Source: Gemmatimonadota bacterium
GTDB lineage: Bacteria; Gemmatimonadota; Gemmatimonadetes; Gemmatimonadales; GWC2-71-9
NCBI GenBank assembly: GCA_039656555.1
Contig: JBDHLU010000002.1
Location: 658 to 64,657 of the forward strand
Length of the DNA stretch: 64,000 nucleotides
Direction: 5' to 3'
Translations under genes and position numbers: made by a program
In this document: positions 20,556 through 30,351 of the stretch, in pieces
Layout of the letters: every line of letters begins with the position of its first letter
Numbering within the stretch: position 1 is the stretch's first letter
The notes under the pieces: model-generated
What the model saw: only the letters and a program-made list of their open reading frames with translations
The model's database searches: none
What the model was told of the DNA's origin: nothing

Positions 20556-23295
20556 CGACCCAATTCGGACCAACACCGATGTCCACCACGAGTGGTACCG
20601 CGAGTTCGGCGGCGCCCTCCATTTCACGGCGGACGACGCCTATCACTGTGTCGATCTCGTCATGGGGAGATTCGACGACGAGTTCGTCGTGCACTTGTAG
20701 GAGCAGCCGACTCTCACGACCTGTTTCACGAAGGGCGCGCCATATCTCGATCATCGCGCGCTTGATCAAATCTGCTGCGGATCCTTGGAGTGGAGAATTC
20801 ATGGCAACACGCTCACCAAACGCCCGCACGTTAAAGTTGCGATCCTTGAGTTCCGGAATGTAGCGCCGGCGCCCAAAGAGCGTCTCAGCATACCCCTGGC
20901 GTTTGGCTTTTTCGACACAGTCGTCGAGATAGCGGCGTACGCCGGAGAAGCGCTCGAAATATAGCCGAATGAAGTCTTTCGCCTCCTCTTGCGAGATCCC
21001 CAACTGCCGGGCCAGGGAAAACGCGCCTTGGCCATAGATCGTCGCAAAGTTGATCGTCTTGGCGCGCCCACGCATCTCACTGGTCACGTCGTCCACCGCG
21101 ACACCGAAAATCATCGACGCGGTTTGCCGATGGACATCATCCCCTTGATGGAACGCGTCGAGGAACGCCGCATCCTGAGAAAAGTGCGCCAGAAGCCGCA
21201 ACTCGATCTGCGAATAGTCTGCCACCAAGAGGCTGCTTCCCTCCGGTGCCACGAAACACCGCCGAATCTCTTCACCGCGCTGCGTACGGATCGGAATATT
21301 CTGAAGGTTGGGATCGGACGACGACAACCGGCCGGTAGCTGCACCCGTCTGACTGAACGTCGTGTGAATCCGCCCAGTCTTGGGATTGACACTCTGAGGG
21401 AGCGCTTCGGCGTAGGTGGATTGGAGCTTCGCGAGTTCGCGATATTCCAATAGGAGTGTCGGTAATGCGTGACCCATCGACGCCAACTCGGCAAGCACGT
21501 CGGCGTCTGTGGACGCACCTGTCTTCGTCCGCTTGATGACGGGTAGCTGCAACTTCTCGAACAACACGTGCCGGAGTTGTGGCGTCGAATTAATATTAAA
21601 ATCGGTACCGGCTTCGTCGTAGATGCGACGCTCGAGATCGACGAGTTCGGCCTGGAACCGTTCGGCCAACGTGGCCATCGCGTCGCGGTCCAGCGCTATG
21701 CCAGCGGATTCAAGATCAGCCAGCACGTGAACCAGTGGCATTTCGATCTCGGTGAACAGATCTCGCCCACCGCGCGCGTCGAGTTCTCTTTCCAGGTGAT
21801 CCCGCAAGTCGTGCATGCCTACCACTCGAGAACAGACACACTCCGCTACGTCAGTCGTCGTCACCAGATCCAGTGTGCGAGCGGATTTTCCCTTCCCCCG
21901 AAGCCCGTCAACGCTTCTGAGGTCACTCGCGAGGTACTCGCGGGCCAGCACTTCGAGCGCGTGCGACCGCTTACCCGGATCGATCACGAAGCTCGCGAGC
22001 ATCGAATCGAACACGAGTCCCCTCAGCGTCAGGCCAGCTCCGCGCAACGCCAGAAGCGATCGCTTGAGATCGTGACCCACAACGTCGATCGACCCGTCTT
22101 CCAATACCGAGCGCACCGGTTCCATGGACGGATCGGTCAGCGCGGGAAGATTGGTGGGCATTGTCTCGATGAGAAGCTCCCCCCCGGGCGGACGATGGAT
22201 GAGGGGGAGGTACCACGCGCGTCGGTCCGCGGCAATCGCTACTCCTACGACTTCGCCGCCTAACACCCGCTCCGCCGAAGTTACCACCTCAATGGTGAAG
22301 AATTTTGCGGCCCGCATGGCACCGACGACGGTCCCGAGGTCGTCGACCGACTCGACAACGCTGAATGCGACCTTAGGTGCCTCCAATTGGCGCGGGGCAG
22401 CCACCCGATCAACGAGCGTGGTGAACTCGAGTTCCGTATAGATCTTGATCAGCGCGTCCCTGTCTACCCCTCTCATCTCGAACGCCTCGAGATCGAATTC
22501 GATCGGAAGATCGAGGTGCAAGGTGACCAAGCGCCGGGAGAGACGTGCGTTGTCCGCTTCGCCGAGCAAAGCTTCTCGCGCTCTCTTCCCACTCACCTCC
22601 GAGGCGTGTTCGAGAATCGCATCGAGATCCCCAAATTCTTCGATGAGCTTCCGGGCCGTCTTGTCACCGACACCCTTCACCCCAGGGATGTTGTCGGATG
22701 CATCCCCAACGAGCGCCAGATAGTCGATGACCCGGTTTGGTGGCACGCCGAGCCGCTCGTCCGCATTCGATTCGTCGACCCAATGCTCCTCGACTCCGGC
22801 TGGCCCCCGGCGACCCGGGTTTAGAAGACTCACTCCAGGCCCGACCAGTTGGTAGAAGTCCTTGTCGCCCGACACAATGACGACCTGCAGTCCAGCTTCT
22901 GTCCCTCGGACTGCAAGGGTGCCGATGACATCGTCGGCTTCGTAGCCATCGAGTGTCACGAGCGGGACACTCCAGGCCAACAACAGATCCTCGATACGCT
23001 CGACCGACCGGTCAAAATCCTCCTGCAGCTCGTCATCGAGCTTTTGTCGTGTGGCTTTGTACGCAGGGTAGATCTCGTCTCGGAACGACGAACCAGAATC
23101 GTTTACCCAAGCAACCAGATCGGGATGGTGTTCCTCAAAAAGACGATGGAGAAAGTTGGCGACTCCCCACGCCGCTGACGTATTCTCACCCCGACTGGTG
23201 GTGAGTGGACGGCTAATCATGGCAAAGAAGGCACGATAGATCAGCGCGTATCCGTCGATCAGGAAAAGCCGCTTAGGCGCTGGCATGGAAGGCAC
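20542..23295 (-). CDS. polA: DNA polymerase I
   Basis: 917 aa with an N-terminal 5'-nuclease domain and a C-terminal family A polymerase domain. Contains RGRAKTINFATIYG and QVHDELV. Confidence 0.97.
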   Translation of the reverse strand: MPSMPAPKRLFLIDGYALIYRAFFAMISRPLTTSRGENTSAAWGVANFLHRLFEEHHPDLVAWVNDSGSSFRDEIYPAYKATRQKLDDELQEDFDRSVERIEDLLLAWSVPLVTLDGYEADDVIGTLAVRGTEAGLQVVIVSGDKDFYQLVGPGVSLLNPGRRGPAGVEEHWVDESNADERLGVPPNRVIDYLALVGDASDNIPGVKGVGDKTARKLIEEFGDLDAILEHASEVSGKRAREALLGEADNARLSRRLVTLHLDLPIEFDLEAFEMRGVDRDALIKIYTELEFTTLVDRVAAPRQLEAPKVAFSVVESVDDLGTVVGAMRAAKFFTIEVVTSAERVLGGEVVGVAIAADRRAWYLPLIHRPPGGELLIETMPTNLPALTDPSMEPVRSVLEDGSIDVVGHDLKRSLLALRGAGLTLRGLVFDSMLASFVIDPGKRSHALEVLAREYLASDLRSVDGLRGKGKSARTLDLVTTTDVAECVCSRVVGMHDLRDHLERELDARGGRDLFTEIEMPLVHVLADLESAGIALDRDAMATLAERFQAELVDLERRIYDEAGTDFNINSTPQLRHVLFEKLQLPVIKRTKTGASTDADVLAELASMGHALPTLLLEYRELAKLQSTYAEALPQSVNPKTGRIHTTFSQTGAATGRLSSSDPNLQNIPIRTQRGEEIRRCFVAPEGSSLLVADYSQIELRLLAHFSQDAAFLDAFHQGDDVHRQTASMIFGVAVDDVTSEMRGRAKTINFATIYGQGAFSLARQLGISQEEAKDFIRLYFERFSGVRRYLDDCVEKAKRQGYAETLFGRRRYIPELKDRNFNVRAFGERVAMNSPLQGSAADLIKRAMIEIWRALRETGRESRLLLQVHDELVVESPHDEIDTVIGVVRREMEGAAELAVPLVVDIGVGPNWVDAKA

Positions 23296-23307
23296 CAGGA
23301 AATGAAA

Positions 23308-23332
23308 CGCCCCGTCTCGCGGAGACGGGGCG
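23308..23332 (-). terminator. Stem-loop terminator downstream of cspA
   Basis: CGCCCCGTCTC-gcg-GAGACGGGGCG forms a perfect 11-bp stem. On the minus strand it is followed by TTTCATTTCC. Lies between the cspA stop and the polA start. Confidence 0.6.
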
Positions 23333-23358
23333 TCGGAATGCCGGAGTCCGTGGCTCGG

Positions 23359-23562
23359 TCAAGCGCGACTCACGTTGGCGGCGTGATTACCACGCTCCCC
23401 AGACTGTACTTCGAATTCCACCTCCTGGCCCTCGGCGAGGGTGCGGAACCCCTCCATCTCGATAGACGAGAAGTGGACAAATATGTCAGTCGACCCATCC
23501 TGTGGTTCGATGAATCCATACCCTTTCGAATCGTTGAACCACTTCACCTTGCCTCGTGTCAT
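23359..23562 (-). CDS. cspA: Cold-shock protein (CspA family)
   Basis: Only the last 67 codons of track ORF 23359..24066 are used: [35 protein letters not shown]... (RNP1/RNP2). A GGAGGAG ribosome-binding site precedes ATG 23562. Confidence 0.95.
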   Translation of the reverse strand: MTRGKVKWFNDSKGYGFIEPQDGSTDIFVHFSSIEMEGFRTLAEGQEVEFEVQSGERGNHAANVSRA

Positions 23563-23636
23563 GTCGCCTTCTCCTCCCTCAAGAATGGTAAGGACATAAT
23601 GCTCTTCGCTATTCTGCCGATGGTAGCCGTGAGCTG

Positions 23637-24182
23637 TCAAGCGAGCACCAAAACGGCAGCGGATACGGCGGGTGCGACGACCACATTGTCGTTGAGACCG
23701 AGCGGCCAGCGCTCCAAGACAACGCCCACAACTGCGACACCGGCCAGTGCCGGCCAGTGTAGCCCAACACTCCACAGAACGACCAATGACACTAGGAAAA
23801 ACGCCATTGAGCCAGCTACCGTCTTCTGTTGGTCTCGCCTGAATCGCGTTCCTACCGCAGAGGCCATCGGGTCGGCAAACGCCGCCACGAGAAAGCCGGC
23901 CGTCGCGGCGGGTTGGGGAAACCACACCGCTAGCCCATATCCGACCATCAACCAGCCCGCGCCGCTCACCCTTGTGGCTTCGTCGCCGCGAAACACCGGC
24001 AGTACTGTGGCGAAGCCCTCGTGGATTCTGGGCACGCGCACTCGCAGCCCTTCCACGACCATCCACACTGTGGCCAGACCCACGACCACGTACCGAAACG
24101 TTTCCCAGTCAATGATGATTGGGAGCACCAAGATTGCCGCCGTGGCGGCGTGGGTGGCTCGCCGCAGCGCGGCGGACCTCAC
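23637..24182 (-). CDS. Membrane protein of the CTP-dependent polyprenol/phytol kinase - CdsA superfamily
   Basis: GTG 24182 overlaps the slt stop (GTGA). Multi-TM, with a [13 protein letters not shown] motif resembling the D-x-x-A-x-x-x-G block of dolichol/phytol kinases. Confidence 0.55.
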   Translation of the reverse strand: MRSAALRRATHAATAAILVLPIIIDWETFRYVVVGLATVWMVVEGLRVRVPRIHEGFATVLPVFRGDEATRVSGAGWLMVGYGLAVWFPQPAATAGFLVAAFADPMASAVGTRFRRDQQKTVAGSMAFFLVSLVVLWSVGLHWPALAGVAVVGVVLERWPLGLNDNVVVAPAVSAAVLVLA

Positions 24183-26389
24183 GGCGAGGTGGCCGGTGCC
24201 GCAGCTCCCGGGTAGAGCCCGCGGTAGAGCGCTTGGTTCCGCAACACTGCGCGAACATAGCCGCGCGTTTCCACGTACGGTATGCGTTCGACAAACCCGT
24301 AGGGGTCGTCGGCTTCCGGATACCGTAACCACTGGGCGACCGGACGCCCGCCGGCATTGTACGCAGCAAGCGCCGGTCCTACCCGGCCGTATCGGTTGAG
24401 CAGTCCTGATAAATGGGTCGTGCCTAGGTGGAGATTGGCATCAGCGATACGATCCCATTCCCGCTCCCACTCGACCCCGGAACGCCGGGCAATGTCACTC
24501 GCTGTCCCTGGCATGAGCTGCATGAGTCCGACCGCACCTGACCGCGACACGACCGCAGACCGAAAGGCCGACTCCTGACGAATGAGTCCGGCAACTAGGT
24601 ACGGATCGAGCCCATGCTTCTGCGATTCACGCTCGATGAGATCGCGCAATGGCCACGGGAAGATCACGCGCAACACGCGCGTGTCGTTGAGCGTGTATTG
24701 TTCCGCGACCCGCCAGCCCAATCGAACCCCCTCTACAACCCACCCGCGCCTGGAGAGTCCTTCCGCCAACGCCAACATGTCGCGCCATTCTACGGAACGA
24801 AGCCCCGTCAAATGACTGACGAACTCGTCCACTTCATCAACCAGACGCGCGTCGACCAGCGCATCGAGTTGAAGGAACGCGGCCTCCACCCAAGCCGTGC
24901 GCGTGACCTCCCCAACTGGAGCGAACACCGGCGCCGGAAGATTCCCAACATCGCGCGCGATGGTTCCGTAGTATCCAATCGAATCTTCGCGAGCCAATGC
25001 TGTAAGCTCGTCGAGCGCACCGGTCGAGTCACCCGTCGCCTGCCGCAACCGCGAGAGCAAGAATCGAGCGGCCAACCGCTGTGGCCCGCGTACCGCGATC
25101 TCTTCTTCGTACCACGTCATCGCAGCAGCCGTGTCGCGTGCGGCGGTAGCCATCGATGCGAGTTGCAGTCGCGACCGCCCAGCATACTGCGCGCGCGGCC
25201 AACGGGTCGTGATCAATCGGTAGAGGCTGTCGGCTTCCGTCCGACGTCCCTGCCGACGCTTGGCCTCGGCTACGAGGAACACCGAGATCGGTGCGACCGG
25301 CGATCGGGGATGCCGATCGGCAAACTCGAGGAGAGCGGTACGAGATTCCGTCCGCCGCCCCACACGTTCGAGTAGTCGCGCGTATCGATAGAATGCCGTG
25401 GCGCTCCCACGATCGCGCGCCGCCATGTACGTGTCGAGCGCCTTTGGGAATTGCCCGGCGTCACGGTGCAGATCGGCGAGGAATACCAACGTAGCAATCG
25501 AGGAATCGCCGACCGCGACGACCCGATCGACATACTCGATCGCGAGAGACCTGTCTGAAGTTCGATAGGCCCTTGCAACCCGCATGAACTGTTCAGCCGT
25601 TGTGGGAGCGAACCGCTCTTCGATCGTCGCAGCGGCCCACGCAACGTTGTCGCTGCCACCCAACTCGAGCGCCTTGTAGAGTTCTTCTTGAGCCCTCGCG
25701 GAATCGCCCGTTGCAAGTGCAATTGCCGCCGCCTGGGCATGTTCTTTCACACGCGCATAGGTGTCAACCGCTCGCACCGAGTCTCCGGCAGAGAGGTACA
25801 CTTCTGCCCGAGCCAGCGCCGCCATTCGTCGGGCGGGCGGACTCACTCGCTGCAATAACTTGAACGCCTCCGAGGGTGCTTCCGTAACCCGTGCTTCGCG
25901 AATCGCTAGCCAACCAGCTATGCCCCGGAGTTCCTTCGCGGCGTGCGCGTAATGCATCGCAGCCAGTCGCGCATAGCCCGCGCGCTCATAAGCGTCACCG
26001 GCTTGCGCGTGGAAAGCCCCTCGGCGATCACCCTCTGACAGATTCGCCGCCTGCGCAAACGACTGCGCCGCCAATTCGAGGTCGCCGCCAGCCAACCAGG
26101 TGTCGGCACGAAGCCCTAGCGTCGTTACATCGGTCGAGTCCAATACGGGTGCGAATTCTTCCATGATGGCCTGGGCTCGATCGGCTCGACCCAACACGAG
26201 TTCGGCACGGACAACCGCTAGGATATCGCTGGAAGACGGAACGGATCGCTGAAGGAGGGGAGCCACATCCCTGACAACATGCCACGCGCCTGCTTCGCCG
26301 TCCGCAGGACCGTGGGTCTGAGCGGTGGCGACGGCAATGACTGTACACGTCACAATCGACAGCGCGACGGGGTGCCGCCAAGCCTTCAT
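24179..26389 (-). CDS. slt: Soluble lytic murein transglycosylase (Slt70-like)
   Basis: Signal peptide from ATG 26389, a long TPR-like superhelical N-domain, and C-terminal SLT motifs IRQESAFRS, GLMQLMP and AYNAG. Confidence 0.85.
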   Translation of the reverse strand: MKAWRHPVALSIVTCTVIAVATAQTHGPADGEAGAWHVVRDVAPLLQRSVPSSSDILAVVRAELVLGRADRAQAIMEEFAPVLDSTDVTTLGLRADTWLAGGDLELAAQSFAQAANLSEGDRRGAFHAQAGDAYERAGYARLAAMHYAHAAKELRGIAGWLAIREARVTEAPSEAFKLLQRVSPPARRMAALARAEVYLSAGDSVRAVDTYARVKEHAQAAAIALATGDSARAQEELYKALELGGSDNVAWAAATIEERFAPTTAEQFMRVARAYRTSDRSLAIEYVDRVVAVGDSSIATLVFLADLHRDAGQFPKALDTYMAARDRGSATAFYRYARLLERVGRRTESRTALLEFADRHPRSPVAPISVFLVAEAKRRQGRRTEADSLYRLITTRWPRAQYAGRSRLQLASMATAARDTAAAMTWYEEEIAVRGPQRLAARFLLSRLRQATGDSTGALDELTALAREDSIGYYGTIARDVGNLPAPVFAPVGEVTRTAWVEAAFLQLDALVDARLVDEVDEFVSHLTGLRSVEWRDMLALAEGLSRRGWVVEGVRLGWRVAEQYTLNDTRVLRVIFPWPLRDLIERESQKHGLDPYLVAGLIRQESAFRSAVVSRSGAVGLMQLMPGTASDIARRSGVEWEREWDRIADANLHLGTTHLSGLLNRYGRVGPALAAYNAGGRPVAQWLRYPEADDPYGFVERIPYVETRGYVRAVLRNQALYRGLYPGAAAPATSP

Positions 26390-26547
26390 GGATCTCCCCT
26401 TTCTAACGGCTATATCTCCTGCAAGGATGCTGCCGTCATACCCCACGAACCGCTGTGAGTTGTGGATGTTCCCCCACAGGCTAATAAGGATTTCAGAATT
26501 TACGAACTTGCCGCGCGTTGAGAACCTCGCTTAGATTCGCCCACGCT

Positions 26548-27498
26548 ATGGCTGACGAAAACCTTACAGGCCGCACCATCGCCGGTTACCGCCTCCTCAA
26601 ACTCGTAGGAGAGGGCGGGACTGCCGTGGTATACAAGGCCGAACACGCAGAGCGCAATACGGCGGCCGTGAAGGTCCTGAAGGAGCGTTCGCGCAACGAC
26701 AAGACAGCAGTCAAACGGTTCCTGCGTGAAGCGGGCTATGGGTCGCGCATCGAACATCCTTCTGTGGTGCGTACATACGATTTTGGTGAAGAGGACGGGT
26801 TGTATTACCTGGCGCTCGAGTGGGCCGAGGGAATGCCCCTGTCCGACTACGTCGAGAAGAACGGCAGAATGGACCCTGAACTCGTTGCCGAGGCCATGGG
26901 TCAGTTGGCGGAAGGCCTCATGGCCTCACATGCCGAGGGAATCATCCACCGCGACCTAAAGCCCGACAACATCATCTTCGACCCTGAGAGTAGGGTTCTC
27001 AAACTCCTCGATTTCGGAATTGCGCGTGACGCGCAACAGGACACTGCCGATCGTCTCACCCGTACGGGCTTCTTTGTCGGAACACTCAACCATGTCGCCC
27101 CTGAAGCACTGTCGGGAGAGCTCGTCGACAAGGAGGCCGATCTCTATAGTGTCGGGACGATCACATATTATCTGCTCACTGCCCGCCACCCATACACCGG
27201 CCGGACACAGCGCGAACTATTCCAACAACTCCTGACGCAACCGCCCACACCACTGAACGATTGCGTTCCTGGATTGACCTTCTCCGACGAACTCGAGGAA
27301 GAAGTGATGAAGGCCCTCAGCCGGAATCCTCAGGCGCGGCACAAATCCGTGAGGGAATTCGCAGAGGCACTGAAGGCGGCTCCCAAGGATGTTCGTGGCT
27401 CGGCTCCCACCCGGACGCCAGACGCGTCCGTGGCCGATCCAGAAGAAGGCGGAGGGTTTGGGGCCAAGATCCGAGGGATATTCGGTAAAAAGAGGTAG
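26548..27498 (+). CDS. Serine/threonine protein kinase, catalytic domain only
   Basis: Start ATG 26548 (MADENL...). G-loop GEGGTAVVYKA, AVKVLK, HRDLKPDNIIF, DFGIA and APE. No TM or sensor domain. Confidence 0.9.
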   Translation: MADENLTGRTIAGYRLLKLVGEGGTAVVYKAEHAERNTAAVKVLKERSRNDKTAVKRFLREAGYGSRIEHPSVVRTYDFGEEDGLYYLALEWAEGMPLSDYVEKNGRMDPELVAEAMGQLAEGLMASHAEGIIHRDLKPDNIIFDPESRVLKLLDFGIARDAQQDTADRLTRTGFFVGTLNHVAPEALSGELVDKEADLYSVGTITYYLLTARHPYTGRTQRELFQQLLTQPPTPLNDCVPGLTFSDELEEEVMKALSRNPQARHKSVREFAEALKAAPKDVRGSAPTRTPDASVADPEEGGGFGAKIRGIFGKKR

Positions 27499-27526
27499 TA
27501 GTAGTATCTACAACTAACATCCTAGA

Positions 27527-28093
27527 ATGACGGAATCCACACACGATCGCTTGATCAAGCTGTTGAACGACCGCTCGATTGACCGGGGGGTCTTCACGCT
27601 GTCATCCGGGAAGCAATCCACGTACTACATCGACGGTCGGCGGACGACGATGAGTGGCGAAGGCCTCAGGGTTGTTGGCGTATTGGGTTGGGAGGCCATC
27701 GAGCGGCAGGGATGGAATCCTTCTACCGTGGGCGGGATGACGCTGGGGGCTGACCCCGTGGCGTATGCCATAGCCCAAGCCAGCCAGGAGTCTGCTCGGC
27801 CCGTCGATGCATTCACCGTTCGGAAACAACCGAAAGCCCATGCGACTGGGCGGCGGATCGAAGGCTGCTTCAAAGCGGGTGACACGGTCGTTGTGGTGGA
27901 AGATGTCATCACCACTGGGGGGTCGGCCTTGCAGGCTGCCGAAGCCGTCCAAGCCGGCGGCGGCAAGGTGGCCGGCATTCTCGCGCTCATCGATCGAGAG
28001 GAAGGGGGGCGGGCTGCCATCGCGAACGCCGGGTTCGATCTCGTGAGTTTGGTGTCGCTCGCCGACTTGGGGCTCCGCCCCGACCCGGGTTAG
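27527..28093 (+). CDS. pyrE: Orotate phosphoribosyltransferase
   Basis: 188 aa with the PRPP-binding loop VVVVEDVITTGGS. Confidence 0.9.
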   Translation: MTESTHDRLIKLLNDRSIDRGVFTLSSGKQSTYYIDGRRTTMSGEGLRVVGVLGWEAIERQGWNPSTVGGMTLGADPVAYAIAQASQESARPVDAFTVRKQPKAHATGRRIEGCFKAGDTVVVVEDVITTGGSALQAAEAVQAGGGKVAGILALIDREEGGRAAIANAGFDLVSLVSLADLGLRPDPG

Positions 28094-28133
28094 GTGTTCC
28101 GGGTGGCCTCCCGCGGCCATTGTCCTCTGGCTC

Positions 28134-28964
28134 CTACCCCAAGTTGAACGGTTGGAAGGTGCGGAAGACCGCCCGGAACGGAATGACCAGGCGTTTGACG
28201 TAGTCGTCGAGCGCTACCGGAAACGGGAATCGACCCCGAAACTCTCCGGCGGTGACTCCAAGCAAGTTGCGCAGGTGACGCCCAAAACTCTGCGGCGACG
28301 AGAACTCCAATCGGTAGGCAACATCAGCGACAGATCGACCGGGTGGCTTGAGCAACGCGGCCGCAAACACCAACCTCAACGACGCGAGATACCGCTTTGG
28401 TGACGGAAGATGCAGTCGATGAAAGCGCGAAACGAACGTTGAGGGCTGCAAACCAAGATCGCGACAGAACTGGCGAACCGTGCTCGTCTCCGGAGCGAAA
28501 CTCACCAGCACCTCAAAGAAATTTCGGACCTCGGGAGCAGGTTCACCGAGCGCCGGAATAATCCTCGACAGGATGTCAGCCGAGGTCCGGCCGGTCGGCT
28601 GAGCTACGATAGTGCGCAACCTAGCCCATCCCTGACGCTCGCTGAGGTCGATGAGTTCGCGCACACCGAGGGCACCGAGTGCGAGCAACTGTTGGCTCGA
28701 GTGCGCGTCATGCTGGGAGAGCACCGCGAACGTAGGAATCCCGGGGAACCCTTCGACCAGCCGAGCCAATTGCCCGAGTTGCTCGCGACGGACCGCCCTC
28801 GGTGACACAAGCACCGCTTCGACCGGGCGCTCTCTGACTGCGCGGATCACGTCGCGCAGCGTGTTCGCGTGATACGCATGACACCGCTCACCAACTGCCG
28901 CCTCGAACTTCGCGCGAGACGTCGGTTCCATCACCGTCGCCACCATCGTCCGTTGTGCCTGCAT
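28134..28964 (-). CDS. AraC-family HTH regulator with a degenerate receiver-like N-domain
   Basis: C-terminal AraC HTH (VRQFCRDLGLQPSTFVSRFHR...SVADVAYRLEFSSPQSFGRHLRNLLGVTAGEFR). The N-terminal CheY-like pattern lacks the phospho-Asp (AVLVSP). Confidence 0.75.
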   Translation of the reverse strand: MQAQRTMVATVMEPTSRAKFEAAVGERCHAYHANTLRDVIRAVRERPVEAVLVSPRAVRREQLGQLARLVEGFPGIPTFAVLSQHDAHSSQQLLALGALGVRELIDLSERQGWARLRTIVAQPTGRTSADILSRIIPALGEPAPEVRNFFEVLVSFAPETSTVRQFCRDLGLQPSTFVSRFHRLHLPSPKRYLASLRLVFAAALLKPPGRSVADVAYRLEFSSPQSFGRHLRNLLGVTAGEFRGRFPFPVALDDYVKRLVIPFRAVFRTFQPFNLG

Positions 28965-29079
28965 CGAGCATGACTCCGTCTTTGGTGCGGCTCAAGACTA
29001 TCGGGACGCACTCAACCCCAGTTCAACGGGATGGTCTCCCCCCTCAACACACCGTGGGCCAGCACCTTATCTTTCGGCG

Positions 29080-29450
29080 AAGCAGGGATGGTGGAGCGTG
29101 ACGGTCACGGTGCGACCTGGTCGTATCGAGGAAAGTCCGAGCTCCACAGGGCAAGCTGCCAGGTAACGCCTGGGCGCCGGAAGGCGACGGATAGGGCCAC
29201 AGAAAACAAACCGCCCGCTTTGCGGGTAAGGGTGAAAAGGTGGGGTAAGAGCCCACCGCACGGCTGGTAACAGTCCGTGGCACGGCAACCCCCAGCTGAA
29301 GCAAGGCCAAATAGGCGGCGAGGCTCGGCCCGAGCTGTTTGAGTCGCGGGTAGGCCGCTTGAGGTGACGGGCAACCGCCATCCTAGATAGATGACCGTCC
29401 GACACGCTACGTGTTGAACAGAACTCGGCTTACGGCTCCACCATACCTGG
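29080..29450 (+). ncRNA. rnpB: RNase P RNA, bacterial type A
   Basis: Universal blocks GGAAAGTCCGAGCTCCACAGGGCA, ACAGAAAACAAACCGCC, GGTAAGGGTGAAAAGGTGGGGTAAGAGCCCACC, AGATAGATGACCGTC and ACAGAACTCGGCTTAC. P1 pairing is ATGGTGGAGC (29088-29097) with GCTCCACCAT (29435-29444). Ends are approximate to about 10 nt. Confidence 0.9.
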
Positions 29451-29526
29451 CTTCCGGCAAAGGCATCAGATATCATTGCGGCAGTTCCGAACCCGGCAAC
29501 TAGCTCCTCACACGAAACACAACTGC

Positions 29527-30351
29527 GTGAATGTGACCCGTTCAGTCCTCTGCACCATCGCCGCCACGGCCTGCGCCGGAGGAGGTTCCCCGTCGTCTGT
29601 TCCCGAACCCGCTTTGCCGTCCGCAGTTAGCTATGCGCCGCATCGGGCATCCTACGTGGCGTTATCCAAAGGAAGGCAGGAACAGCAAGTACCTGGGGGT
29701 TCCACTACGACGGAGTTCGGATTCCGTGTTTATCTGAACACGGTAATCGACGAAGATCCGGGTGGACTTCGGATCACGATTCTGGTGGATTCGGTGCCGG
29801 AGGCCTCCGGGGCCGGTATCCCGCCTTCCGACCTGCCACGTGCCGGCGGCACGACCTTCACCGGTTATGTCGCCGACAACGGCGAACTCTCCGATCTCAT
29901 CGGTGGCGACACCACCATCGCACTGGTACGCCAACTCCGTCGCGCCTTCGAAGAGTTCCTCCCACCAATTCCGGAGCTCGGTGCCACCCCCGGGGCGGCG
30001 TGGATCGATACCGCTGTATCCGTCACTCAAGACGCTGGAATGGAAATCGAAATCACCTCCGTCGCGGCCCATGAGGTCGTCGGTTGGACCGCCTATGCAG
30101 GTGTGGACGCTCTACACATAAAGACGCATGCCGAGTACATGCTGTCAGGCCACGGGTCGCAGATGGGTCAGGCCATCACTATCGACGGTACGGGAGTTCG
30201 GGAAGAACACTCGTACCTCGGCGCAGACGGCACCTATCTAGGTGGCTGGGCGGCGGACAGTTCCAACATGAGCGCCCTCGTATCGTCCATGGGGCTGGCA
30301 TTCCCCATCATTCAAGTACGCAATGACTCTCTGATCTATCGGCCTCGATGA
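29527..30351 (+). CDS. Hypothetical lipoprotein
   Basis: Track ORF starts at TTG 29476, next to the rnpB 3' end. GTG 29527 gives VNVTRSVLCTIAATAC|AGGG with a lipobox-like Cys. I recognise no catalytic motif. Confidence 0.5.
   Translation: MNVTRSVLCTIAATACAGGGSPSSVPEPALPSAVSYAPHRASYVALSKGRQEQQVPGGSTTTEFGFRVYLNTVIDEDPGGLRITILVDSVPEASGAGIPPSDLPRAGGTTFTGYVADNGELSDLIGGDTTIALVRQLRRAFEEFLPPIPELGATPGAAWIDTAVSVTQDAGMEIEITSVAAHEVVGWTAYAGVDALHIKTHAEYMLSGHGSQMGQAITIDGTGVREEHSYLGADGTYLGGWAADSSNMSALVSSMGLAFPIIQVRNDSLIYRPR

Noticed and set aside
23563-24066. N-terminal 168 codons of track ORF 23359..24066
   Set aside because: This part is Arg/Gly-rich and overlaps the real membrane-protein gene (23637-24182) in another frame. 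The cold-shock protein starts at ATG 23562, which has a strong ribosome-binding site.
29044-29476. Three overlapping minus-strand ORFs (88, 112 and 123 aa) plus a 79-aa plus-strand ORF
   Set aside because: They lie entirely inside the RNase P RNA gene, whose conserved blocks and P1 pairing are unambiguous. They are reading-frame artefacts of a structured GC-rich RNA.
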